Shown: positions 23,346-37,243, counted from the first letter of the stretch. The stretch: 64,000 nucleotides of DNA from Nageia nagi (GCA_050084985.1 JBITNC010000001.1:96782001-96846000); one strand, 5' to 3'. Notes: a model not told the origin generated them from the letters alone. Numbers and translations are program-made.

Positions 23346-26300
23346 CTTTGAATGAAATCATTATTCTTTATCCATTCAGACTTTAAATTTTAAGATAGTT
23401 ACGCCATCTTATACAATTTCCTTTTAGCTTAGTCAATGAGTGCCATGATTTAAGGGTATTTATTCCTTCAATTCATATCTTATACATTTTTACTAAGTCG
23501 TTTTATGATTCCAAAGTTTGTTTCATTTCAAATAACGTTAAAATATTTATCAAAGTATATTTAAACTAGCTCAATCCATGTTGTAGAATTCCACAATTCT
23601 TCTATTAAAATACTTACTCTTTATTTTTTAAAATTTCTACATCATATGGTGACATTTATGCATCCAAGCAAATTTGACAATTTTTTCTAAAAAGGTAAAT
23701 AATTCTAAATGCATAATAAGTCTTGGATGCATAATAAGTTCAAGATGGTGAAAATAAGAAAAGCCCAGAGGTTGGAGATCATTGAGTCCTAAAGCGAAGG
23801 AGATACATCCCAAATAACAATAGCACATGAAGGTGATCATTAACACCTAGAGCAAGGAGACAGAGCCCAAAGAATAATAGTAATGCCCAAAGAAAGAAAT
23901 GAAGATTAACATTTTCAATCACCCTCTTAATCTCCATGAAAAAAAGAGATCATTTTCTCTGTTGGCCAAAAAATACAAATATAAAGAAAAAAAACTAAAA
24001 GACATATGCAATATATATGGATTCTAATCAATACCCTATTCTAGTCAAGGTTTTCCAATAATCACCCCTTGAATATCTAAGGTCTAGACTCCAAGTTATC
24101 TCTAAAGGTAGCAAAAATGATCCCTTAGTAATGGCATTGTAAATATGTTTGCAATTTGAGCATTAGTAGGATAATGGTGAAACTAGATAAAGCCATCTTC
24201 AACCAGATCTTTAATACAATGATGACATATATCAATGTGCATTATCCTATCATGAAATATGGGATTCTTGGTCATGATAATTGTGCTAAGATTATAATAG
24301 TGTACTAAAATAGGGAGTTCAATATCCATGCCCAAATCTTCAAATAGATGAGAAATCCAAATCGCTTGTGTACAAGTGATGGATGCAATAAGATACTCAG
24401 CTTCAGCTAATGAAAGTGCAATAGTGGATTGCTTCTTATTGATCTATGAGACCAAATATTTTCCAAAGAATAATCCATACCCTGATGTGCTCTTCCAATC
24501 ATCAAGATATTTGGCCCAATCAGCATATGTATAAGCTTGTAAAATTTCTTGGTATGAGGATTTATACTATAACTCATATTGATGTGTGCCACACACATAG
24601 CATAAGATTTGCTTAGCTATAATATAATGCATTTTAATATGGTGAGTGCATGAATTGGGCTACTCTACTGACAACAAACATGATGTCCTACTGGGTAGTA
24701 GTGAGATACATAATGCTACCTATTAAGGACCGGTACATAGTGGCATCAACATGTGGAGAAGATTCCTACTCCAACAGCTTGGTTCTGATAACAGTTGATG
24801 TATCAATGGGGATATAATTTTGCATCTTAAATCAAGATATTAGATCTTTAATATATTTGGATTGAGTGATCAAAATGCCACTGGAGGATTGCTTAACTTG
24901 TATGCCAAGAAAATAATTCATCTCTCCAGATCACTCATCTCAAATTCACTGATCATAACATCTTTAAAATGATCTATCATACAACATAGGTGTTAGTAAA
25001 AATGATATCATCAACATATAAGCATAGAATAAAGAAGTTGATATCATCAACTTTTATGTATAATATGCTTTCTGCTAAGCATCTATGATAACTATTTTTT
25101 CAAAGCTAACCATCAATCTTGGTGTACCATGCTCGAGGTGCTTGTTTAAGACCATAGAGAGCCTTTTTTAGTTTATATACCTTATCTATTTGACCATTAA
25201 TAATAAATCCTTTAGGCTTCTTAACATAAATAACCTCCTTCAAATATCCATTAAGAAAAGAAGATTTGACATCCATCTAGTAGATTGTCAATCCAAAATA
25301 AGAGGCAAGTGCAAGCAGAGACCTCATAGTTTTTTAGCTAGGTACCAGGGTAAAAGTGTTATCATAATCTATCCCTTCCTTATGAGCTTACATTTTAGCA
25401 ACTAGATAGGATTTATGCTTTGCAATAATCCCGTCAGAATTATGCTTCATTTTATAAATCCACTTGACACCAATTACCTTTTTATCTTTAAGAGTAGGTA
25501 TAAGCTTCTAGGTGTCATTCTTCTATATTTCCTCAATCTCATCTTCTATGGCTATCTTCCAATATTCATTGGAAGTAGCTTCAGTATATAAGGAAGGCTC
25601 AATAAATGAATATATTAATGCATAATATATATTTACCTCTTGATTTCTAGGTTTGGTTTATGATTGAATCGGTTCTTTTATTGAGCTCTTTATCTAGCAT
25701 CAATGATGGAGGATGATATTAATCACTTGTCCACTTATTTTTGACTGGTGGAGTATGAATAGTAAGAGACTGGTCTGGCTATGCTTGCTAAGGTGATCTA
25801 ATGGTTGGTGAATATGGTGATGAAGGTTGAGAAGGAGGAGGTGTAGTAGTGTGAGAAGGCTCATAATCTTCATCCAATTAGAATTTAGCAGTGGTATCTT
25901 TAGCACCATTTTCTTGATTGGTTATGCCTCCTTCAAAAATTAAATATTTGTTGATGTGAACCATACCACTTAGTGTATTATAATACCTATAGGCATTATA
26001 TGCTTTAGAATATCCCATTAATATGCATTTAATGGATTTCTCATCAAGATTCTTTTGGCATATGCACAAAATAAGTTGAGCCAAATATCTAGAGATGAGA
26101 AATATTTGGCTGTACATATAACCAAGCTTCATAAGGAGTGGTATCCTTTAAAACTTGAGTGGGATACCTATTTTGAATATAAATAGCAGTATACACTACT
26201 TCATAACAAAAACTAGTGGGAAGGCCCTCTTCATTCATCATGCATCGAGCCATCTCAACAATTATTTGATTTTTCCTTTCAGCCACTCCATTCTACTGTG

Positions 26301-28166
26301 GATTATAGGTAGTTGTATATTGACTAAAAATATCATGTTGATGGTACAAGTTCTTAAATTCATTAGAAATGAATTCTCCTCCTCTATCAATTTTGAACTT
26401 TTTAATAAAATAGCTAGATTATTTTTCAACAAGAGATTAAAATTTAACAAAACCCTTGAAACAGTCAAACTTGTTTTGTAGTAAATAAAGCCATTTCATC
26501 CTAGAAAAGTCATTAATAAATATAAGCATATATTTTGACTTACTACCTTAGTTGTGAGTCTGCATTGGTCCACATAAGTCTGTATGCACCAACTAAAGAG
26601 GGTATTTGGTCTTTTATTAGTGCTTTCAAAATTTCACTCTATGTTGCTTTTTTGTAATGCAACTTTCACATAGCTCACTAGGTGTATGGGAGATGGTAAG
26701 AAGTCCTCTCACCAATTTGTATAGACCATCTACTGAGTGAAAATTTAAATGACCAAATCTCCTATGCCATAACCAGGTAGAATCAATAAATGCTTTTAAA
26801 CAACTTATTACAGTTGTCATCCTAAACATATACATTGTATTTCTAATCATATGGATGTGGTTATAAGTTGGTTAGTAGCCTCATTTACTATGGTGCACTT
26901 TTTGCTTCTAAAAGTGGTTATATATCCTCTTATACTAAGCTGACCAATACTTAACAGATTGTGCTTAAGGCCAAGAACAAATAGAGTGATATGCATATAA
27001 AATATCTTACTAGCTTTAAACTTAAAGGCAATAGTCCCTCTATTATGGATGTTGGCACTTTTGTTGTCACCAATCCTAACTTGGCCTATCATATTGGTGT
27101 CAATCTTAAGAAACATCAATTTGTTTCTAGTCATGTGGTTATACCATCCATTGTTTAAGTACCATACATCTTCTTCTTTAGCTTGGAAACTACTACAAGT
27201 GAGTAACATGTTTATCTCAACCTAATCATCAACATACTGAACTTTGAGCTTGGGATTCTTCTTCTAGCAATGTGATTTTATGTGACCATATTTGTTACAA
27301 AAATCATAATGTCTAGGGGTGTCATCTTATGATCTTTCCCTATAATGACCTCTTCCATGGCCTCTTCTACCTCTATCTTGGCCTCTACTACTGCTTCTTC
27401 CACACGATGATCTACCTCTTCCATGAGAGGATGAAGAAGAAGAACTAGGAGTTGATGAAGAGGGTTCTTAACCCTTCATTTTCAACTATCCTTGGAAATA
27501 TTGCTCCAAAGACTAAACTTTATCACTAATTTTATATTCATAGGTAGTTAGACTACCTTGCAACTTTGCAAGCATGAGTTGGGATAGGTCCTTTACTTCT
27601 TCAATGGTAATGGTAATGGGATCAAACCTTCTGGGCAAGCTCTAAAGCACATTTTCCACATTTTTGGTGTCTCCCATCTCTTCACTGTATGAATGGAGGA
27701 TATTTACAAGATCTTGGATCTTGGAAAAGAAGACACTTATATTCTCTTCCTCTCTCATATGGAAAGTTTTGAACTCCTTCCTTAAAAATTGGAGCTTTAC
27801 TAGTTGGACCTTGGCTAATCATTTATATGCACTCTCCAAGATCCCCCATGCCTCTTTAGAAGTATTACACTATAATTTTGGGGAAGAGAGAAACATCTAT
27901 CCCAGACTAGATGGCAAATAATGCCTTGACATCCTTTTTATGGTTCTCTAACACTTCTTTCTTCTCATATGTAGTCATGGCTATAAGGGAAACTTCATCT
28001 AAGTCGGTAAAATAATGGGAGATAAATATCCATAGGTCTTGAGAGATAAGAAATATCCTCATCCAGATGCTTTAGTACTCGTAATGGTCTTCATTGAAAA
28101 TGGGAATTTGTAACTGTAATTAATTTTCTACATTCAAATCCATTTAACTTAATAAATCTCCTAGAA

Positions 28167-28176
28167 TCTGATACCA
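28167..28176 (-). other. Primer binding site, tRNA-iMet type
   Basis: Minus strand ...cttCA-AT-TGGTATCAGA. Confidence 0.85.
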
Positions 28177-28178
28177 AT

Positions 28179-28988
28179 TGAAGATTTTGAAGAAAAATAA
28201 ATAATAATATGTAGCCAGAGTATAGTAAGGTTGATCATAGGTGGAATAAATAGCGAGAAAAATTGGAGACTAAAGTATTTTTGTATTGTAAAGAAGAAAA
28301 GGAATATTTCAAGGTTCTTTTGGAGCAAAACAAAAAAACATACATGTCTCTTATTCTTCCCTTTTTTTATGTGTAGGGTATCTATATTTATATTAAGATA
28401 AAATATTATATGCATGCTACTTTGTCAAAAATAAATTAAAAGTAACATGGGCTCCATGCATGCATTTTGTTATCCATTTTGTAGAAAATAGGGGAAGCCC
28501 ATACCCTTTCTATCTACATAGCATCTAAAAAATATTAAATGGTTGCATAAGGTTGATTAATATTTAGCCATTCTTGTACAAAAATTAATGTTGGTGATTA
28601 AGCATTTAATTACAGGGTTGAAATCTCTTAGAAAGGCTTTTTTGTAGTGTTAATATGGGTTTCAGAGCAAGAGGGATGCCATTACGTAGGAACAAGAAAG
28701 AATTATAAGAAGACTGGGGGTTCGAAATGATGATGTCATCTACCCAAAATAACTAGTGCTATGAATAGTTGAATCCTAGAAGGTAAACAATCTTGAATGC
28801 ATTAGAAGTCCCAAATGCTAAAAATAAGCAAATCCTAGAGCTTGGAGATCATTAAGTCTCAAAGCAAAGGAGATAGATCCCAGAGAATAGTAATTCTCAA
28901 AGGTGATCAGTAAGTCCCTAAGCAAGGAGATAGAGCTCAAAGAATAATAGTAATGCCAAAATAAAGGAATGGAGATTAATATTTTTTA
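28179..28988 (-). repeat. 5' LTR of copia element
   Basis: Adjacent to PBS; homologous to 230-1026; SAUR-upstream sequence resumes just after 28988. Confidence 0.82.
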
Positions 28989-29296
28989 GGTTTATTCTTG
29001 ATGTTTGGTTGCCACATCATCAAATCAATCCAAATGTTGACTCCCAAATGGTAACCATTAGATCACCAAACATTAAATGTATGTACCATTACATACTATG
29101 ACCACTTTTATTTGGCAAATGATAGAATCGATTACATACTTTAATAGATGAGTGGATCATATAATGATATGTGTACAATCTAATACTATAATGGATCATG
29201 ATGAGTGGATGATTTAGTTTTAAATTTTATATACATATTATTATATAATTATATAGGCATAAGTTAAAGTTTTAATATATATATATATATGATGAA

Positions 29297-29730
29297 TTTG
29301 TTTAAATTATCACAAAAATAACTCTTTTCTATTAGATCTTTGTCAATCTTGAGTGCACAATGGTGGTGGGCCCACTTGTTTTTTTTCAATAGCGAGTAAT
29401 AAATGCAAAATATTTATGTACAAGAATAACTACAAATTTAAATATAATTAGGTGGATTTCATCATCGATGGTATAGTATGCTAGTTAAAACAATGGATTG
29501 TAAATGTAACATTTGAGTTTGAATTTGTATGAAGTTTTGACACTTAGAATTTTTTTCACTTATTTTATAAATGCCTAGCATTTATCACAATGTAATAAAT
29601 GCTTGGCATTTATCATATTAATAAATACTTGGCATTATTACATTTCATGGTGTCGAAAAAAAATGGACCCCACCACATGTTTGACATTGTCAAGCATACA
29701 AAGGGACCATTTTTATGGTAGTATAGACAC
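29297..29730. mobile_element. MITE-like element with long degenerate TIRs (possibly Mutator-type)
   Basis: Left ctttgtcaatcttga...tggtggtgggcccac vs reverse complement of right ctttgtatgcttga...tgtggtggggtccat; internal ~27-bp triplication at 29567-29640; absent from sister minisatellites. Confidence 0.45.
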
Positions 29731-29787
29731 ATCCATATAATGATATAGATTCAAGTTAATGCTCTAGATTATTTAGTTTTAAATTAT

Positions 29788-29804
29788 ACACACACACACA
29801 CACA
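29788..29804 (+). repeat. (AC)n microsatellite
   Basis: acacacacacacacaca. Confidence 0.9.
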
Positions 29805-30104
29805 TGTACAAGCTAATGTTCTAGTGAATGATTTAATTTTAATTTTATAATGATATAATATAATTACATTTGTACAAGCTATATCATTATATGATGTGTG
29901 TATATCATTATACAATGTATGTCAATTATACATGCTCACCAAATGGTGAAATTATAAGGAAACTATCAACATAAGATTTTCTATTTTGAACTCTACAAAC
30001 ATCGCTTGCCATGAACTCATGCTCATTTTAAAAGAAAAATTTTGCATTTCTTTGGTTGCATTTCTTGATGGTTGTTTGTGTTGTTAACAATTGTAATTGT
30101 TACA

Positions 30105-30245
30105 CTGGATGTCTAGAAAAGGGTGTGAACATCCATCAAAGAGTAGTTGAATATGTTTTTTCATCAAATATTGTGGTTGTGAATGCCCTAATGGATATGT
30201 ATGCAAAATGTGGAAGAATACACAAGGTTAGGGAATTGTTTGACA
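30105..30245 (+). pseudogene. PPR remnant
   Basis: LEKGVNIHQRVVEYVFSSNIVVVNALMDMYAKCGRIHKVRELFD. Confidence 0.85.
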
Positions 30246-31548
30246 TGAGTCAATGCACTTCATTACTATGTATCTCATTATGGATGATGTTCAATCTTTC
30301 TCATTGGAGCAATTTTTTTATCATTGCTACTTCAAGCATGATTACTTGTAATATTTAACTACCAACTAGAGCTCACCACTTTATGCTCAATTTGTAGATT
30401 GTGTATTACATGATTTTTTCCTTCCCTTTTGTTTGGAAGTAAGCAGGTGATGTTATTGAAGTTTTTTTTTCCTTCAAGAATGCAATAAATCCATGTTGTC
30501 ATTGTGATAAAACTCAAAATTAAAACTTTTGTTGAACAATTCTATTTAATTTTATTGGTAAATTTTTTACTTATTGTAGCCCACATGATTATAAACTTCT
30601 ACCAAGTACTGCTATTGATTCAAAAAAAGATTATAGTTTGATAATAGAGGTCATTGACAATCTGGTTTACTCTTTCAGAGGCTAGGTTTGAAAAGAAGTG
30701 AGGTTCAAACTCTTCTCGAAACTATTTGGGAAGAAGAGAAGTCTATTATTAGTTTAACAACTATTTATAGGTCCTACAAACCAAAAACGTTAAAAGACTA
30801 CTTGTTGGTAGCAAGGTCATGAATTTAAGCAAAATTATGATTTTAAAATAAACAAAATTTTTAAGCTAAAGAATAAATTATCAAAGAATTATTTGTGTAA
30901 CTCAAGAAATACAAGACTAACAGAAATTATAGATTTTATATATTTATTTTCAAACTCATAATTTATTTTTTATTTTTTCAAAAACCAAAATCACTTGAAT
31001 GAAAGCAATTTTAATAAAGAGTCAATTTTAATAAAGAGTCCATAGGACATCAAGCTGTTGAAAATTACTCAACAGCTATCGAAAACAAAAGTGTGAAGTA
31101 AAAATATCAAACCTATTTTGAAGTGATGACAGTGACATCAATCCTTAAAAATGGCTGACAAGAATGACCCTTGCCAGCTCATCTGGATTTGTGCAAAATC
31201 TGAGAATGGAGAGCAACCAATTGATTCTTATTACAAATCTCAAAAGCCTTAAAAGGTGCTAAGCTTTTCAGATTAAAAACCATGTATGGTCTTATTGTAT
31301 CATGTGCGCTTTCAAAATTTGAGTCGGGATAGGATAACTTAAAAGATTTGGATTAGATATAGGTGATTATGAACACCAACATATGCAATGCATAGGCCTT
31401 AAGGAAATAAAACATATACGTCTATACACCATTTGAGGCATGTAGTCCAATACAAAATCAACTAGCAAGATAGTCTAATGTTAGGTCTGCTTTAGTATAG
31501 CCACAAAGATCAACCATCCAAATATACTATGCACAACATGTTGCTTAA

Positions 31549-31703
31549 CAGTCATGATAACTACCAATCAATCCCCACTCCTAGATGACACCAAGAGTGT
31601 TTTGCGAGGCATCTGATGGAACCACATTCATGACCGACACCATAACATTTGCCAAGGCAGAGAAAAATCCTCCCAAACCAGCATTCATGTGCAAATAGCA
31701 AAC
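31549..31703 (-). pseudogene. PMT-type methyltransferase exon fragment (duplicate)
   Basis: LHMNAGLGGFFSALANVMVSVMNVVPSDASQNTLGVI*E(fs)GLIGSYHDW; same stop and frameshift as 3693-3847. Confidence 0.85.
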
Positions 31704-32732
31704 TGCAAATGCGTGCAAGAATAAGCATGCCTCCTATTCAGTATCATATATAATTAGATGCAACGAAATAGAATTGACAATATCAATTTTCAGAATGTCA
31801 CATCCTAGTCTCCATGATTTTACAGTTTACTTATTATCTTATTTTAATCAATTTTGCTGAAGTTGTTAGGATGCTTTTACATTTCTCAATTTCTTTGTAA
31901 AATTATACTCCTTTCTTTGCTGTGTGGAAACTCTTTTTTGGTTGCTAACAGGTGAGAAGTATGAACTTCAAGAATATCAGAATTTTGTGGCCAACCTAAG
32001 AATTGCCTTAGCAATGCACTGGGGAGACTCGACCCGGCATCAATATGGCAAAGTCCCATGGTTTTACTGGCTACCAAACAGAGCAACATAACTCAATACT
32101 GCAAGCGTCATGGTACACAATTATGGGTCACTCACAACACCGACCAGCATTGAAGGCTATATTACGAAAACTGCTCTACAAATGTCATATATGATTTGCC
32201 CAATGAAAGTTCCCAAGCCACAAGGTTGTATGTTTTGTCCAATGAAAATACGATGTTATATTATTAAATAACATCTCAAAAAGTAGGTTTTCTAGGGGCG
32301 GCCACCGCTTATAGTTAATTTTCATTTTTTATTCTCACAAAGGTTAGGTAAGCATTCTTCTTTCCAAAATTCTTTCTGCATAGTTTCAAATTTAATTATA
32401 AGAATCTGAATTTTAGTTAGGTTGGGTTAAAATTAAAAAAATTATTGACAATATGTATATTATGTTAAAACTAATCAAGATACTTTTAAGAGTATCTAAG
32501 AAATAATTGTTAAAAATATGTTTAATAATAGAATAAGTTATAAAAGGATCAATGTTTATGTTATAATTAATAAATCGTTATGTATGGTAATATTAGTTTG
32601 AGAGTTGTCTATTCATGTTAAAGTAGTTGGGAAAGTAATAAGAGGTAATGGGAACTAAATCTTCCTACCTTACATGGTAGAACATGTGAAAGGAGTTAAA
32701 GGATCATTTTTCTTTTGGTACTTACTAAGTAG

Positions 32733-32893
32733 AATTTTTTTCTGTTGGAGGAACAACCACTAAAGAAAATCCATGTCTCAAAATCTACAAAATCTACCAT
32801 AATTCAATAAGATTTTAGATATTTCCAGTCATTAGAGGTGGGATTGGAACCAAAATCTCTCCGACTCAAAAGGAGAGTTTTCACTTCCCCTTA
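32733..32893 (-). mobile_element. Probable SINE (duplicate of 5338-5495)
   Basis: gggattggaaccaaaatctc B-box-like region; poly-T. Confidence 0.45.
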
Positions 32894-33129
32894 TTTTTCC
32901 AACTCCTTACTTTCATACTAAATAGAGTATTATTAAAATGTAATAAATTATTATAAATTAAATTGTTTTTTTGATTTGTTAAATTATGTTAGATGTAAAG
33001 AATGTAGAGGTGAATTTCATTTACAAGAAAAATTTACTAGAATTATCATATCTAAATTGTAGATAGCCGTAATTCCAAGCGTGAATATGAATCTTTTTTG
33101 GAGAAAAAGAGAGGTCATTTGTTGTTGTC

Positions 33130-33355
33130 AAACAAAAAAAACAATAGACAGAAGGAAAAACAATATACCGGTCCATTCAAAAAGTTCATCAGGACTTTTT
33201 GGAATAGAGTTGGCTGAGCCCCAAGCTTGCCCTGTTAATATCTTTCCTCGATATGTACACATTCGTTCTGACAGCTCACATGCCATATCAAATCAAATTA
33301 CTGCCACTGTGGCGCTGGTGGCGCATGTTATTTGGAGTTTTAGGTCCCTCGCTTA
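33130..33355 (-). other. Empty SAUR unit (third copy)
   Basis: Same 3'-flank/promoter fusion. Confidence 0.65.
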
Positions 33356-34346
33356 GTTTCTGAGGGAACAAACCCTAGCAAAGCGACCTCCTTCTGTACA
33401 AGTGAGATATCATAGTTATAGTTTTTTTGCGTTCTTGAAAAAACCAGTATATCATCTAAGGTGTACATCAAATCTTATCAAAAATCTTTTCTTAAAATAT
33501 TTTTATCATTTACAAATATCATCAATATTAAATATAATTTTAAGTATTTTCATGTAATATTATACATATTTTTATTTGTCATTTTTATTTTAGTATTTAA
33601 CATTATCTATATAGATTATAGTTTTTGAATGGGAGAGAATTATTTATATTATTATATGTAATTTTATGGTTCATATCTATTCATCCTAACACATTTATGC
33701 TATTAATTATAAGGAAAACTCTTTACTAGTTTGATAAAATTTGAGATGTGATGCATTTACAAAAAGAATAATTTCAAAAACCACCATATTTGAATGAGCT
33801 ATCATATGATCATAAAATTCATATTTTTGTATTTAACATTATTAATATAAATTATAATTTTTTTTAATATAGTCAATTATGTATATTATTATATGTAATT
33901 TTGTGGTTCATATCTACACATACCAGCACACTTATCCTATTAATTACAAAAAAAATATGTATTGATTTGATAAAATTTGAAGTGTGATGGATCTACAAAG
34001 GATTAACCTCAAAATTCCACCATTGAACCATCATGTGATCATATATGGACAAAGAAAAAGGAGAAGAAAGATGGTATACCCTTCAATTAAAAGGGCTTAT
34101 CGGTACTCCAGCAACATAAATGTTGGGCAAGTCTGATCCTCCATAAAATGCCCTTCAATTAAAATGATAATGAGTGGTTAGTCCAATCACATCCAACCTC
34201 CATAAACAACACTCAACTGTGCGTTTCGCTCCACTAATAACAAACCACATATCTTTTCATCAGACACTACGTTGCCTTAAGTCAATTACCAACAAAACTT
34301 CTGGACAAGAAAATCCCCGCAATCTTCTTGTGAGTTATCAGTTCAA

Positions 34347-34823
34347 TCAATGCACAAGCACACTTTTATCCACATTGCTGAATAGCGTATAGTTAGAAAG
34401 AGGAGATAGGCCGTAACCATTCACGCCCAAAGCATATCCACCACCATTCTCATGCTTAAGGTCTTGCCACTTTCTCAGCATGCGAATGACTCTATCCAAA
34501 ACAAATGGCTCGCAGGGTATTGTAAGTTTACTATCCCCATAATTGAACCCAAATTCCTCCTCAGCCTTAACCAGGAGCTCTCTAAACAATGGATGGTTCA
34601 AATAACCCACGGGAATCACAAATCTTTTCCTCGCTTCCTTCCCGGCATAAACAGCCACATGACCTTCAGGAACCGCTCTCCTCCACCTCACCAGCTCTTC
34701 ATCCTCCTTGCTCTCGTACAAAGAAAAGGACTTTCTTCTCCTAAGCTTAATGCTCGCAATCTTGGGAATGGCTGCAATCTTCTGCCATTTTAGAGCAACC
34801 TTCAAGATCTTGCTTCTCTCCAT
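34347..34823 (-). CDS. SAUR: SAUR family protein, copy 4 (158 aa)
   Basis: Intact ORF; closest to copy 1. Confidence 0.97.
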   Translation of the reverse strand: MERSKILKVALKWQKIAAIPKIASIKLRRRKSFSLYESKEDEELVRWRRAVPEGHVAVYAGKEARKRFVIPVGYLNHPLFRELLVKAEEEFGFNYGDSKLTIPCEPFVLDRVIRMLRKWQDLKHENGGGYALGVNGYGLSPLSNYTLFSNVDKSVLVH

Positions 34824-34966
34824 AACTCAAAGAAGAGGAAACAGAAAAATAGACTCTAAGAGAGCGATCTGAGCTTGATGAATTTGATCCGATCTCAGGC
34901 CTAAATAAATAGAGTGGCCACGAAATCAAAGATAGGTTAGCAGTCGTGTTCTTGGATTGAATAGAG

Positions 34967-34982
34967 GAGACATGGTCATGTG
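34967..34982 (-). promoter_or_regulatory. AuxRE TGTCTC + CACATG module, copy 4
   Basis: + strand gagacatggtcatgtg. Confidence 0.7.
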
Positions 34983-35420
34983 AAAGTTCAGAAAGCATTG
35001 TGGTTCTGTTTAAAATCCGGAAGGACAGCCATAATCATTTGGCAACAAAGGTGGCGCAGACAACAACCGTTAAACCTGGCTCAGCCTTAAGTCTGCCCTG
35101 GGGATATCTTTCGTCCAAATTGAATTTGGATTCTCTCAGACAGTTCACATGCCACATCAAATCATATTACTGTCACGGTGGTGCAGGTGGTTACCATATC
35201 ATCAAGTCAATCCAAATGCTGCCTCCAAATGGCAAGCAGTGGGTCACCAAACTTTACACGTACGTACCATTAGATCACTTTTATTCAGCGAATGACAGAA
35301 TCGATGGCATACTCTAATGGATGAGTGGATCATATAATGATGTGGGTACAAGCTAATACTATTATAAGGATCGGGATGAGTGGGTGATTTAGTTTTATAT
35401 TTTATATACATAATACATAA

Positions 35421-37243
35421 CTAGTTATTGCAACTAAAATCCAATAGTTACGTTGTAAAAAATTAATTTTTGTTAAATGTAAAGGTTGGAAATAAGTAGA
35501 GTATTCTAAAAAATTTGAAATTTATATTTTTGAATACAATTTAAGAAAATGATGATTTATTTTTATTTTTTATTTTTTACATTTTATTATTACTATAGTT
35601 AGTAATGGGCATCTTTGGTCTCCACATGAGGAAGTTGTTCCATGTGGAAATCCTACATCATATGATAAGTTTCCCTCAAGGCCCTCTTGGCTGCCTCCTT
35701 TAAATCCCTAAATGTGGAATAAGGTGGCATCACTACCAATTCAAGTGGTGGTGCTAAGGAGACTCTTCACATGATTCAGAGCATTTGATTGTCAACAAAA
35801 CTCCATTGATTGGTGGAACCCCTCCTTGTCATCTCTCCTCTATAATTTATAAAATAGTATAAAAAGAGAATGTTTATATATTGAAATGAAAGCATGCACC
35901 ATTTTTATAGTTATCAATGTTAAGTCCATCATATATAGATTTGTTATACAAATTAAATCTAAAACTCTAAATCATCAAAAACCATTTTACCACAACTATA
36001 ACACTAAAAGAAATTCTTTATTTTTTCAAGTAACTAGCAACATAAGAATTATTGAAATAATGGATGTAATACTTAGTTAACACACAACAAATGGTCAAAA
36101 CTGTTGGAGTGAATTATTCCATGCAACATATGCATCTGCATATCCAAAATGTCCTTGCTAAATCCTCCCTCTTCCTGCATCGGTATGATAAAGTGATACC
36201 TCTTCTTACATACCAAATCATGGCTTCATCCTATCGATAAAATCCATTCAAAACACATGCATATGCAAAACAAAAAACATAAAATGATATACATATTATG
36301 TATATTTATTCCTCACCTATGTAGTGATAATGGTTGTACTGCAGGCGATGAGCTTTTCCTATCATCTCTTCCATGATGAGGAACGAAATCTGATCATACA
36401 CCTAGTTTTCATCATCTCGAGGGACATAGACCAAGATGACATGTTTTCAAGATCCTAAGGCTGTCGTTTGAAAAACTCCTACAAGAAATTATGAATATTA
36501 TCCCAAAATAGGCCATCAAAATTTGTAGGGCATCCCAAGCCTCCAAACATTTGAAATCCATACAAAATTAGACTTTCTTTCCATTTTCTCTTCTTCGTAC
36601 TATAGCTTCAATCAATAGACATTTATGTTGACCTCCAAATCACCCGATCGAATTTGGATACCACCATCAACATCAATACAACATCCAAAGCTTCAGATAA
36701 AAATGAGGCATTTGTAATGGTGGAAGGGTTGGGGTGAGCAATGCCTTAGAATAAAGAGTGTATGCATGCAAAAAGTATGAACTTAAGAAAATTTTACATA
36801 CAAAGCTAAAATCTTTCCAACATAAGGTTCATCCATCATCTGATGGTCTATTTTCCTTCAAGTTATGCAAACATGATTGACCCCTTTATGTATGTTATCG
36901 ATATGTTAATTATCTTGTAGCAACTTTCCTACAACACACCATGGCCACTTCCTATAACTAAAAAGTATTGTAGTTTAGTGTTGCCCTATTTTTTGATGAG
37001 AGAGGAATTAATTGATTGACGATGTGAGAAGTGGACATTTTCATCGATAGATAATTGGTAAACCCCCAACATTGTCATCAATTGGGTTTTCAAAGAAAAT
37101 ATGTGTCCTCAATACAACTCACACTCAAATAGTAAATCAATGGCTCAACTTCATTTCATCATCAAAGATGGTGTGATGGCCATCAATGATCATGGATCAA
37201 AATTTTTACCCCTCACTTTCCAAGGGATATTCCTATGGTGTAA
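35421..37243 (-). mobile_element. Helitron-like insertion
   Basis: Inserted at A|T of ataa|tgatata with no TSD; minus-strand 3' end CTAG preceded by an imperfect hairpin (ttgcaac...gttgtaa); 5' end TTACACC rather than canonical TC. Confidence 0.5.

Larger units (their letters stand above)
23689..28988 (-). mobile_element. Near-complete degenerate Ty1/copia retrotransposon (5' LTR, PBS, gag-PR-IN-RT-RH, PPT, truncated 3' LTR)
   Basis: Copia domain order: WYLNNGWYNHMT (protease), WLWHRRFGHLN..CESC (GAG-pre-integrase), AERKNQIIVEMARCMM (integrase), then RT/RH; PBS TGGTATCAGA at 28167-28176; partial 3' LTR 23689-23916. Confidence 0.92.

Noticed and set aside
230-28988. A single 29 kb LTR element transducing SAUR genes
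   Set aside because: Two PPT/3' LTR/RT sets are present; segmental duplication plus deletions explains the layout
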